A model generated the notes under the pieces. It ran no database searches. It was not told the DNA's origin and saw nothing but the letters and a program-made list of their open reading frames with translations. A DNA stretch of 64,000 nt from Deltaproteobacteria bacterium. Its GTDB lineage: Bacteria; UBA10199; GCA-002796325; JACPFF01. Position numbers and translations under genes: made by a program. The DNA lies in NCBI GenBank assembly GCA_016183065.1, contig JACPFF010000026.1:4476-68475 (forward strand). The letters are read 5' to 3'. Shown one piece after another: positions 54,137 through 63,480 of the stretch; positions within the stretch are counted from its first letter, which is position 1, and each line of letters opens with the position of its first letter.

Positions 54137-54700
54137 TCAGTGGTCGTGCGTGATCCTGGGGCGGGTAATGCATGCGAGATCCAACCGAATGCGCTTATTA
54201 TCTAACGAAACACAAATTGTTGCGCGGTGTTTTCGTTTGGAGAATTTGAGAATCATCCCTTCTTTTCCCTGTAAGGGGCCTGAGATAATATGTACGCGAT
54301 CGCCCTGTAACTCACCATGGGAGAGCCCCGCTGTCCCCGTATTGCCGGTTAACGCCTGCAGCAGATCCATTTCATGCGATTGCACGGGAATTAGTGACTC
54401 TCCGAGGCGGACAGGGCCATACATACTGTCAGGCCTGTTGTCGATCACGTGCCGCAGCACAGTTGGAGCACATTGAATAAATGCGTATCCCGGATAGAGC
54501 GGTCGTCGGCGTAACTGAAATGCTCCCCGATGGTATTCCAGCAACAGACGCATGGGTTGGAATATGCGGATGATTTTTTGCCCGAGACGTTGTCGCAATA
54601 TCTCCAAGCCCTGTGTTGTGGCCCGTTGTTGAAACGCCAATGCCCACCATGCCTGTTGTGACTGCGTGTCTATTATGCCCTCTCTTTCATGTGCCGTCAT
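54137..54700 (-). CDS. Specialised NusG-family paralogue (NGN + KOW), first gene of the biosynthetic operon
   Basis: NGN: WWALAFQQRATTQGLEIL...RRPLYPGYAFIQ. KOW: GDRVHIISGPLQGKEGMILKF. Alternative start at 54715. Confidence 0.7.
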   Translation of the reverse strand: MTAHEREGIIDTQSQQAWWALAFQQRATTQGLEILRQRLGQKIIRIFQPMRLLLEYHRGAFQLRRRPLYPGYAFIQCAPTVLRHVIDNRPDSMYGPVRLGESLIPVQSHEMDLLQALTGNTGTAGLSHGELQGDRVHIISGPLQGKEGMILKFSKRKHRATICVSLDNKRIRLDLACITRPRITHDH

Positions 54701-54818
54701 ATGTACGACATCCATAGACCTTAGAGTGCGGCCGGGGTTTTTTCTGGATGTGCCATTCGTGCCGTGGTTGCCGTAACAAACGCAGACATGTCGTGACGCA
54801 ATTCTGATGTTTTGGATT

Positions 54819-54834
54819 AGCAAGCACCGTGCCA
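54819..54834 (-). promoter_or_regulatory. Sigma-54 (-24/-12) promoter
   Basis: Minus strand reads TGGCACGGTGCTTGCT, which equals the consensus TGGCAC-N5-TTGCW. It lies 119 nt upstream of the NusG-like ATG and 40 nt after the preceding stop. Confidence 0.75.
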
Positions 54835-54873
54835 AAAAAGATTGACGAGAAAACGCGGTGAAATGCTTGTTTG

Positions 54874-55308
54874 CTACCGGACTGCTGCATGTCTCGTCCG
54901 ATTGCTCGAGCAATCGGACACAAAAACGGGATTTGACGACCAATCATCAGACATTGCCTGTGACTTCTGCGCGTCATTGATCGACGATTGGACGGGTGCG
55001 GCTCCGGAAAACACCGCTGGAAGAACTTCCTGTACGAGTGCATGAATCCGTTCCACATGGATGGCCATCCGCTCCAGGCTCACTCGGCACGCCTCATGCA
55101 GCGCTTGACCATCCGTGGTCAACGTGCGTGCGTCGAGCCATCGCAGAAATCCCGTCACGACCTGCAACGTACCTCGCAGGTCGTGAATCCGTTGCATCAG
55201 TTCTGCGTTTATTGGAACACCTCCATCATGCCTGGACTGTTGATTGTGCAATCTCCCATCCGTACAATTTTGGACCATGTCGCAGATACGACACGTTGTC
55301 ATGTACAC
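54874..55308 (-). CDS. Small H-box-only (DHp-like) protein, paralogue of 21826-22029
   Basis: LMQRIHDLRGTLQVVTGFLRWLDARTLT aligns with LAKLTHDLRGALQIVVAFVRSRDETSLT. No ATPase domain. The true start may be internal. Confidence 0.45.
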   Translation of the reverse strand: MYMTTCRICDMVQNCTDGRLHNQQSRHDGGVPINAELMQRIHDLRGTLQVVTGFLRWLDARTLTTDGQALHEACRVSLERMAIHVERIHALVQEVLPAVFSGAAPVQSSINDAQKSQAMSDDWSSNPVFVSDCSSNRTRHAAVR

Positions 55309-55468
55309 GCTGGTCCGGAACGTGAATGGGCGGTGACATGGTTCGCATCCACAGCTTCCATGTCAAAGAGGGCATTGGCATCGACCGGTTTGCCGATACG
55401 AGAGTCGTCGAGAAAGGATGGTTCCGTATCAGTGACACTCATCGGTGTTTCTCCGGTGCCGGCTCACG

Positions 55469-56878
55469 TTACTCTGAGACGTAGTCCCCATTCGTCATCC
55501 CCCAGTCTTTCAGCTTTTCATACAACCGGGAGCGGCTGACTTGCAGGATGGCAGCGGCCTTGCTCTTGTCGCCACACATGACTTCCAACGCCCGCGCAAC
55601 GTAGACGCGCTCTGCAGTGGTGACATACGCCTTCAAGGCCTGGAAGTCGCCGGGCGCATCGGGCAACGCCAGGAGGCCGTTCGCAGGGGTCTGCGCGCCG
55701 TTTGTCGATGGGCCCCGCTGGTGAAAGAGCCATTCCGGGAGATCGGAGAGCATGATGGTCGGTCCGGGGATGAGGATCACCAGACTTTGAATCAGGTTTT
55801 CCAGCTCGCGGACATTGCCAGGCCATGCATATTGCTGGAGTGCCATCATGGCGGTCTTGTTGAAGGTCCAGTCCGGGGTCCGAGCGTATTTATTGAGAAA
55901 GGCCTCGGCGAGGATTGGAATGTCTTCCCGTCGATCGCGCAGTGGGGGGATGTTGAGCGTAACCACCCGCAGACGATGAAAAAGATCGCGCCGAAACCGG
56001 TCGTGTTCCACGAGCGCCTCGAGATCGTCGTTGCACGCGGCGATGACGCGAAAATTGACCTTGATGGACTTCACGCTCCCAATTCGCACAATTTCTTGTT
56101 CCTGAATTGCCCGGAGAATCTTGGCCTGCAGGTCTTTCTTGAGCGACGAGACTTCATCCAAAAAGAGGTCACCGTTGTGGGCGAGTTCGAATTTGCCGAC
56201 CTTCCGCTCGGCGGCGCCGGTAAAGGCCCCTTTTTCGTGACCGAACAATTCCGATTCGAGCAGATTTTCGGGAATCGCGGCACAGTTGATGGCGACAAAT
56301 GGTCGATCCGGTTGCTGGTCGAGCCGATGAATATAGCGGGCAAAGAGCTCCTTGCCCGTCCCGGATTCCCCTTCGATCAGGATATTGGCCTGGTGGCCCT
56401 TGAGCTTCCGGGCGCGCTCGAGTTGGCCCAGCAGAAAGGCGGAACGACCCAGGATCAACCGGTCGCCGAATGCCTCGTTCAGGTCTTCCAGAAAGGCTGC
56501 GTGTTTCTCCCGGATGTCGCGGTAGGGGGCGAGTTTTTCGAGAATCGCGACCACTTCGTCAATCGCAAACGGTTTGATCAGGTAATCAGCCGCCCCCAGT
56601 CGCACCGCCGTCACGAGCAGCTGTGGATCCTTGTGCCCCGTGACAATGACCACATCGGCCGCCGGACAGATCTGTTTGATCGTCCGAATTCGTTGCAATC
56701 CGTTGTCCTGGCCGAGCGAGATATCGAGCAGGACGATCTCCATGGGGTGTCGGCGGAGGAGCGCAGCGCCGTCGTCGAAATTTTCTGCGGTCGTGAGGGT
56801 GCACTGCGACCGGAGTCCGATGCGGAGAGCGGTCAGGAACTCGGGGTTATCGTCGATCACCAACACCTGGGTTTGCAT
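55469..56878 (-). CDS. Sigma-54-dependent response regulator (NtrC family: receiver + AAA+ + Fis-type HTH)
   Basis: Start MQTQVLVIDDNPEF. GESGTGKE Walker A, GAFTGA loop, ENLIQ..., C-terminal SKAAAILQVSRSRLYEKLK HTH. Confidence 0.9.
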   Translation of the reverse strand: MQTQVLVIDDNPEFLTALRIGLRSQCTLTTAENFDDGAALLRRHPMEIVLLDISLGQDNGLQRIRTIKQICPAADVVIVTGHKDPQLLVTAVRLGAADYLIKPFAIDEVVAILEKLAPYRDIREKHAAFLEDLNEAFGDRLILGRSAFLLGQLERARKLKGHQANILIEGESGTGKELFARYIHRLDQQPDRPFVAINCAAIPENLLESELFGHEKGAFTGAAERKVGKFELAHNGDLFLDEVSSLKKDLQAKILRAIQEQEIVRIGSVKSIKVNFRVIAACNDDLEALVEHDRFRRDLFHRLRVVTLNIPPLRDRREDIPILAEAFLNKYARTPDWTFNKTAMMALQQYAWPGNVRELENLIQSLVILIPGPTIMLSDLPEWLFHQRGPSTNGAQTPANGLLALPDAPGDFQALKAYVTTAERVYVARALEVMCGDKSKAAAILQVSRSRLYEKLKDWGMTNGDYVSE

Positions 56879-57130
56879 GCTCGGCCTCGCCGCTGTGAAA
56901 TTAAGCAATTCTCGTGCCACTATGATTATTTTTCTAACATGCCGAAATTTAATCAGTTTCTGGATTGAGGTGAGCTATTGCAGACCGTCCGAAATCCGAC
57001 ATTTCGGACATATTGCCTGAATGTTGAACAATCGTGCAAATGAAAGAGGCACTCATCGAGTTGAGATGAATATTGGACATGAATGCATTCATGGCATAGG
57101 CATCCGCTGTCGCAAAAGGAGTTATAATAA

Positions 57131-58021
57131 ATGACGGCATCCTCAACGACCCTGCCAAGAGTCTTTTTTGTTCCTCACCCCACAACAGGTGCGCGGGGTG
57201 TGTCAGCACTCCGCACGGCACTTGCAGCGGTCTCTCAAGATATCCCAGGGCTCCAACCAGCGCATCTGTCTCCAGATCCGCAATACGATAGAGATTATGT
57301 CTACCGACAGAGTTATCAAAATCTCTCGCTCAAAGGCACAGATGTCACCCGGCGCCCGTGGAATATCTACGCGATCATCGCACGGTCTCTGTCACCCACT
57401 GCGGTTATGGTCGATGTTGGATGTGGCACTGCCTACAAATCAATTCGGCATGCTGCGGGGATACGGCTGCTCATCGGCCTTGAGCCCAACGAAAAGATGA
57501 TCGGACAGGCTGTGCAGAATGCCATGACCGCGAGTGCATTCAACGTCTGTTTTATGACTGGCACGTGTGACGCGCTGCCTTTTGTTGATAATAGCATCGA
57601 TGTCGTCACAGCATTGCTCGCACCGCACAACGCCCAAGAAATGCACCGTGTCCTCAAACCCGGAGGTTGGGCCATTGTCGAACGTGTAGGGGACAGAGAC
57701 AAAGTGAATATCAAGCAATACTTTGGCAGTGATGCCGAAGGGCCGCGTGGGCAGTTGCTGCATTATGAAGTAGGAACACGGGCAGTCATGATGACGGAAG
57801 AATTTCAAGGGTGCTTCTCACACGCCACCGCAAGGAATGGTTTTTGGGACACAGCATATACCATGGGCGAATTGCTGGTCCTCTTGGCACACACCCCGAC
57901 GATTCGCAATTACGTGTTACCACACGATCAACCCTATGTTGACGCCATCCAAGCTTCATTAGTGAGAGATGGAAAAATCCGGACAACCCAAAATCGGGTT
58001 TTGGTGGTCGCACAAAAGTGA
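57131..58021 (+). CDS. Class I SAM-dependent methyltransferase
   Basis: VMVDVGCGTAYKS (motif I), IDVVTALLAPHN, LKPGGWAIV. Confidence 0.7.
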   Translation: MTASSTTLPRVFFVPHPTTGARGVSALRTALAAVSQDIPGLQPAHLSPDPQYDRDYVYRQSYQNLSLKGTDVTRRPWNIYAIIARSLSPTAVMVDVGCGTAYKSIRHAAGIRLLIGLEPNEKMIGQAVQNAMTASAFNVCFMTGTCDALPFVDNSIDVVTALLAPHNAQEMHRVLKPGGWAIVERVGDRDKVNIKQYFGSDAEGPRGQLLHYEVGTRAVMMTEEFQGCFSHATARNGFWDTAYTMGELLVLLAHTPTIRNYVLPHDQPYVDAIQASLVRDGKIRTTQNRVLVVAQK

Positions 58022-58033
58022 CGAGGTCACGTC

Positions 58034-60679
58034 ATGCGTGCTGTTGTACCGGTAATGTTGCTGCTCTGGGCGGTCTCGTTCCCCCGCATATGCGAAGGAG
58101 CCCCGACGCTCTCCCCATGGAAAGCACGCCTGATATCACAGGCAACCACCGCAGCGACCCCGAACGCAGGAGATTGGGTTGCTGCGCAGGATCTCCCGAT
58201 CTCAAAACACTACATCGGCTACATTGAATATGTGACGGAGTTATCTGTCACCCCCACCGATCTCGTGCGCCCCCTGGGCATCTACCTTGGGGACATTTCG
58301 GACAGTGATCGCATCTACATGAATGATGCATTGATTGGCAGCACCGGTGGATTTCCTCCACATTATCAAGGATACATTGATTATGCGCGAGAGTATTTCA
58401 TTCCGAGCGCCATCCTTTCGACCGCGAAGGCGAATATTCTACGCATGGTCGTGTATGTGGAGTATCCCGCGAAAAAAGGAATCGATTTGTCGGTCGTACG
58501 CATCGGTGACCACACTGCCTTGCAGCGCATGAAATTTTTTCGTGAAGTGCGATGGTATCTCGTGAGACTGTTGATGCCGTTTATATGCGTCGTGTTGGCG
58601 ATCGTGGTATTTCTATCGCTCAATCTCATACGCCAGAAACAGCACGCACTTATCTATATTGGTATTGCCCTGAGTTTCGGCCTGTTCGGCATCAGCCGCA
58701 GCCGTGTCACATTTCATCTGTTTGATGTCGTCACGGCCTATAAAATTCTCATTGTCTCCAACATCCTTGGCGTGACGTTAATTCTGCTGCATGTCGCACA
58801 GGCTGGAAAAAGAGCGCGTGCATGGAGGTGTGCCGGTGTTTTTCTGCCATTGATGTATTTCAGCTCGATGGTCTTGTTTGAAACATCTGTCAATGCCATT
58901 TTCACTCGGTATGCCCCCTGGTTCGTTGTCGGCACGACCATGCTCGTGTTCTCGTTCATTATCGCCTGGATTCGGCGACGGAAAGTCGGCCATTTGTTCG
59001 CGGTAGGGCTGGGGATACTCACCGCCCTGGGCTTGTTCGACACGATGTTGTCGACCACCAGTGTGCGGCTGCCATACTTATTTGATATTGGTATCAGTCT
59101 TCTCGTGATGTGCATGATCTGTCGACACATCCTCGCAATCAAAGATTCGTATGTTGATATTTCGAATCATCAAATACTATTGGAGGCGCAAGCGGAAATG
59201 GCCACCAAGATTGGACAACTCGCCTCCCAAGTCGCCCACGACATCCGGTCGCCATTGACGGCCTTGCGGGCGATGGTGGGGCAGGTGGCGGAGGTGTCGG
59301 AAGAGTCTCGGGTGATGATGCGGAATGCCGTGCAGCGGATCGAGGATATTGCCAATGATCTGTGTGCACAGCAAGCGCATGGACAGGCGGGAGAAGCGGG
59401 CGGCGCCGATATGTGCTCGGTGCAATTGTTGTCGAGCTTGCTGGAACCGTTGATCTCCGAGAAGCGGACACAGCACCGGGCGCAGTTGGGGGTGGAAATT
59501 CATGCGGCGTTGGATGCGGCGAGTTATGGGGTCTTTGCGAACGTGCAGCCGGTGGAGTTCAAGCGCGTGCTCTCGAATCTGATCAACAACGCGGTGGAGG
59601 CGATGGCCCAGGGCCTGGTGACGGTGACGGTGCGCGCCGAAGACGCGGGTGTGGTCATCACGGTGATGGATACAGGGCACGGGATTCCGCCGGACATTCT
59701 GGCGCGGCTGATGCGCCCCGGAGCCACGTTTGGGAAGGCGGGGGGCTCAGGGCTCGGGTTGTATCATGCCCGGACGACGTTCGAGCGGTGGGGTGGGACG
59801 GTGGCATTGACCTCCACGATGGGCGTCGGCACCACGGTGACGCTCACCGTGCCGCGCGCGGCGGCCCCGCCGTGGTTTGTGCCGGAGTTGGTGCTGACGA
59901 CGGGGCAGACGATCGTGATCGTCGATGACGATGTCTCGATTCATCAGATCTGGCAGGAGCGGCTGGAGGTGCTGGATCTCGCGGCCCATGACATCGGGCT
60001 GCAACACTTTTCCTCCGGGACCGAGGTGGTGGCCTGGTATCAGGGGCAGGCCGATACCCACTTCCTCTGTGATTACGAATTTCTGGGGCATCCGAACAAC
60101 GGGTTGGAGTTGATCGCGCAGTTGGACGTTGCCGACCGCGCGACCTTGGTGACGAGTCATTATGAAGAAGCGCCGATCCAAGCGCGCTGTGCCGCGATGG
60201 GCGTACGCTTGATCCCGAAAGGCTTGGCGGGATTCGTGCCGGTTCGGGTCGCGCCGGTCGCAGAATCCATGGCAGCGACCAGCAGGGCACCCAGGGCCAC
60301 GGCACCCTCCCCTCAACGATCGAAGAGCGAAACCGCGAAACCCACTGCCCTGGTCCTCGACGATGATGCAGGGATCCGGTTTGTCTGGCCGATGGAAGGA
60401 GAGCGGCTCGGGTTCGACACCATCACCACGTTTGCGTCGATGGAAGCGTGTGAGGCGGCCCAACTCGATTACGCCCAATTCGACTTCGCGTTCGTCGATA
60501 AAAATATTCCCGAGTCCACGTGGCGCGTTGATCAAGTGATTACGCACCTGAAAGCAAACGGGGTGAAGAAGGTGTTCGTCGCCAGCGGGGAATCCGCGCG
60601 CGAGCTCCTGCGCGATCCGCTCTGTGCCGCCGTCGATGGGATCATCCCCATGAAAATCCCGCAGAAACTGCCGACGTAA
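58034..60679 (+). CDS. 7TMR-DISM-type hybrid sensor histidine kinase with two receiver domains
   Basis: Periplasmic DISMED2-like domain (IYMNDALIGSTGGFPP...), 7 TM, H-box VAHDIRSPLTAL, NLINNAVEAM, DTGHGIPPD, GGSGLGLYHA. The C-terminal half is collinear with 19786-21807. Confidence 0.85.
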   Translation: MRAVVPVMLLLWAVSFPRICEGAPTLSPWKARLISQATTAATPNAGDWVAAQDLPISKHYIGYIEYVTELSVTPTDLVRPLGIYLGDISDSDRIYMNDALIGSTGGFPPHYQGYIDYAREYFIPSAILSTAKANILRMVVYVEYPAKKGIDLSVVRIGDHTALQRMKFFREVRWYLVRLLMPFICVVLAIVVFLSLNLIRQKQHALIYIGIALSFGLFGISRSRVTFHLFDVVTAYKILIVSNILGVTLILLHVAQAGKRARAWRCAGVFLPLMYFSSMVLFETSVNAIFTRYAPWFVVGTTMLVFSFIIAWIRRRKVGHLFAVGLGILTALGLFDTMLSTTSVRLPYLFDIGISLLVMCMICRHILAIKDSYVDISNHQILLEAQAEMATKIGQLASQVAHDIRSPLTALRAMVGQVAEVSEESRVMMRNAVQRIEDIANDLCAQQAHGQAGEAGGADMCSVQLLSSLLEPLISEKRTQHRAQLGVEIHAALDAASYGVFANVQPVEFKRVLSNLINNAVEAMAQGLVTVTVRAEDAGVVITVMDTGHGIPPDILARLMRPGATFGKAGGSGLGLYHARTTFERWGGTVALTSTMGVGTTVTLTVPRAAAPPWFVPELVLTTGQTIVIVDDDVSIHQIWQERLEVLDLAAHDIGLQHFSSGTEVVAWYQGQADTHFLCDYEFLGHPNNGLELIAQLDVADRATLVTSHYEEAPIQARCAAMGVRLIPKGLAGFVPVRVAPVAESMAATSRAPRATAPSPQRSKSETAKPTALVLDDDAGIRFVWPMEGERLGFDTITTFASMEACEAAQLDYAQFDFAFVDKNIPESTWRVDQVITHLKANGVKKVFVASGESARELLRDPLCAAVDGIIPMKIPQKLPT

Positions 60680-60756
60680 GTTCCTCAGTAATCCATGCGC
60701 CTTGCGCGGGATGTTCTCGGCTGTCGGGGTTATCGTCCGATGGCAACGGGAGTGAT

Positions 60757-61998
60757 TTGGGCTTTACATGGACCATTTTACGTGTAAAATGGTCCATGAT
60801 GGTTCCAAATTACGATTCCTTTCGCTCCATTCAGCACTTTTGGATCGACCCCGAGTGGCTGGGACGACGGATGCTTTTTCTTTCCGGACCGCGTCAGGTG
60901 GGCAAGACCACACTCGTGACGACTACATTATGCACGGAGAAGGCCGCCTATCTGAATTGGGATCATCCGCGCGTACGACGGACCTATCAACGCGATCCCG
61001 ACTTTATTGCCACTCTGACCGCAGAATGGATCTGTTGCGATGAAATTCACAAACGGCCGCGGTGGAAAGACATTCTCAAGGGGCTGTACGATACCTACCA
61101 AGATCGCTTCCGCTTTGTCGTGACCGGAAGTGCGCGGCTGGAAACTTTTCGGAAGAGCGGGGATTCGTTGGTTGGCCGATATTTTCACACCCACTTGTTT
61201 CCGCTGAACCTTGCGGATTTTCAAAAAACAGACACGGCAATGGCGGCGAATGGTGCAGACCTTCTTTCCATGGCGGCGGAAACAGAGGAGGTCACGGGAC
61301 TGGAGGATTTGCTCCGATATAGTGGATTTCCGGAGCCGTTCTTCAGGGGGAGCGACACATTCTGGAAACGATGGTCTCATAATCATCTCGATCTCATTTT
61401 GCGCGAGGACCTGCGCGATCTGACCAAGGTGATGGAAATTGACAAAATCGCGCACTTAGTCGATCTGCTCAGGCCCTGTGCGGGCCAGCTGGTCAGTTAC
61501 CGCAATATTGCCAATGATCTGGAATCCTCGCACAACAGCATTCGACGTTGGCTGGAAATGTTGCATCGGTTGCATGTGGTCTTTCCCGTGACCCCGTATT
61601 CGCGTAAGATCCGTCGCGCGTATAAAATGGAAAAAAAATGGTACTTCATGGACTGGCGCGTGGCGGAGCAGAATCTGTTTGAAAACTATGTGGCGGCATC
61701 GTTACTCCGCGTGGTCACGTTGTTCACTGATCGCTACGGCGACCCGTTTTCTCTCCATTTTGTCCGTACGCACGATGGTGCCGAAGTCGATTTCTTGTTA
61801 TGCCGCTCAGGCAAGCCATGGCTATTGATCGAGGCCAAAGAAGGGACCCCTGAGGTCTCCTCAGCCGTGCATCGTTTCAGCAGCGAGCTTCGAGTCCCAT
61901 GCGCCGTCGTCACACGAAGAAACGGCATTGCCAAAAAATATGTCGGCACGGCGATCTATGCCCTCTCATGGGCCAAACTCGGAGCCATATTGCCGTAA
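60757..61998 (+). CDS. AAA-type ATPase with DUF4143-like C-terminal domain
   Basis: LSGPRQVGKTTL Walker A and VVTGSARL. Architecture typical of the AAA_14 + DUF4143 family. Confidence 0.65.
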   Translation: MGFTWTILRVKWSMMVPNYDSFRSIQHFWIDPEWLGRRMLFLSGPRQVGKTTLVTTTLCTEKAAYLNWDHPRVRRTYQRDPDFIATLTAEWICCDEIHKRPRWKDILKGLYDTYQDRFRFVVTGSARLETFRKSGDSLVGRYFHTHLFPLNLADFQKTDTAMAANGADLLSMAAETEEVTGLEDLLRYSGFPEPFFRGSDTFWKRWSHNHLDLILREDLRDLTKVMEIDKIAHLVDLLRPCAGQLVSYRNIANDLESSHNSIRRWLEMLHRLHVVFPVTPYSRKIRRAYKMEKKWYFMDWRVAEQNLFENYVAASLLRVVTLFTDRYGDPFSLHFVRTHDGAEVDFLLCRSGKPWLLIEAKEGTPEVSSAVHRFSSELRVPCAVVTRRNGIAKKYVGTAIYALSWAKLGAILP

Positions 61999-62150
61999 TG
62001 GGCGTATCTCCAGTCCGCTCGATGATCTTCGGTTGGGCTCACTTGAAAAAAATCGTCACAAAAAATATTGGACATAATTTTTAAGCCGTGGAAAGCAGGA
62101 TATACAGAGTATCATATGCTACACCAGCTGTGGAGAAAGGAGAAGCGCCC

Positions 62151-63458
62151 ATGGTAGTGAAAACTATCGGTATCCTCTATCAGCCACTCGGCAACCCTTC
62201 GCCACGCAATCCATACCGACTTGGGGTTGAACGTATGATCACTGCCGCTTCAGCGCATGGCTATGAGAGCCGTGTATTTATTCCGGCTGGAGTAGCCCGG
62301 GAATCACTGCCAAAGGGAAACTGTGAATTGGTAGTTTGCCCAACCTCTTTTTCCGGTGAAGGCATTTCTGATGTAGTTGCTGCAGTCACCACGTATCATA
62401 GGCGGACGCCATTACATCGTCTCTTTGCCGAACAGGAATGTACTGTAATGCTAGGCGCACTGTGCCGCCAGGCTGGAGAAATCCCTGGCCTCTTGCCGGA
62501 GCGAGCTCTGCCGTTCCGTAACAAACATGTCATGGGACGTACTGCGCAGACAATCGGCTTACATGTTCCGCGTTCTCATCCTGCGACTTCGTGTTCGGAA
62601 ATTAGGGCCTTTGCTGAGAAAGTCGGATGGCCGGTTATTGTCAAGCCCATTGACGGCGCCGGATCGGATGGCATCAGAGAGATTGGATCCGCAGCACAGC
62701 TTGATAGACTTTGGTCTATTTTTGCAATCGATCTCGCTCGCTGGAGATTTGAAGAATATATCGCTGGCATTGAGTATCATGTCGATACAATCGTAAGAGG
62801 CGGTGGCATTGTATTTGTTCGGCTTTGTCGTTACTTAGGACACGTTTTGGATTTTCGCACCTGCCCGCCTGCCTCTGTGATTCGTCTAAAAAATCTATCA
62901 GTGGGTGAACAAACGATCCTGGAATCTGATGCCGGTCTCCTACGGGCATTCGGGTTTACCGATGGCGTTAGTCATAATGAATATTACGTGCGTAATAACG
63001 AGGTTATCTTTGGTGAGGCGGCCGCACGGGTTGGTGGCGGTCACGCCGTCCAGATGATAGAAGCGGCCACGGGTATTAATCTTTTTGATGCACGTATTCG
63101 CTTGGAACTAGACCCTAGTTATATGCCAGTACTTGTGCGTAATGACGAAGTCGGTGGTCAAATGTTACCGGCCCGACGTGCAGGGCGTATTACTTCCATT
63201 ATTGATACAGCAAGACTATTTGAGGCTGGAATATTCGAAGTTGCGCATTGGTTTGATGTCGGTGATGCTCTCGCCGCTGCTACGCGCTCGAGTCGAATGT
63301 TCGGCTATGTCCTGGCGCGTGGAAGAGATTATACTGAAATTGCGAAACGATTAACAGTTGCACGAGACCTATTCTGGGTTGAAACTGATGAAGAAAGCAG
63401 TGATGAGACCGTGCCGCAGCATACATCTCCGCGCGGCAGCACAGTGGGTCTTGGTTAA
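62151..63458 (+). CDS. ATP-grasp domain protein
   Basis: Start MVVKTIGILY with AAGGAG RBS. WPVIVKPIDGAGSDGIREI and FEEYIAGIEYHVDT ATP-grasp blocks. Confidence 0.65.
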   Translation: MVVKTIGILYQPLGNPSPRNPYRLGVERMITAASAHGYESRVFIPAGVARESLPKGNCELVVCPTSFSGEGISDVVAAVTTYHRRTPLHRLFAEQECTVMLGALCRQAGEIPGLLPERALPFRNKHVMGRTAQTIGLHVPRSHPATSCSEIRAFAEKVGWPVIVKPIDGAGSDGIREIGSAAQLDRLWSIFAIDLARWRFEEYIAGIEYHVDTIVRGGGIVFVRLCRYLGHVLDFRTCPPASVIRLKNLSVGEQTILESDAGLLRAFGFTDGVSHNEYYVRNNEVIFGEAAARVGGGHAVQMIEAATGINLFDARIRLELDPSYMPVLVRNDEVGGQMLPARRAGRITSIIDTARLFEAGIFEVAHWFDVGDALAAATRSSRMFGYVLARGRDYTEIAKRLTVARDLFWVETDEESSDETVPQHTSPRGSTVGLG

Positions 63459-63480
63459 CATCAGGGACGAAGGGGCAGCA

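Noticed and set aside
55541-56968. 475-aa plus-strand ORF opposite the NtrC-like gene
   Set aside because: The minus frame carries Walker A, GAFTGA and a Fis-type HTH. The plus frame has no motif and spans the promoter region.
57080-57110. TGGACATGAATGCAT and TGGCATAGGCATCCGC upstream of the methyltransferase gene as sigma-54 promoters
   Set aside because: The GG-to-GC spacing is wrong (too short in the first) and the second lacks TTGC.
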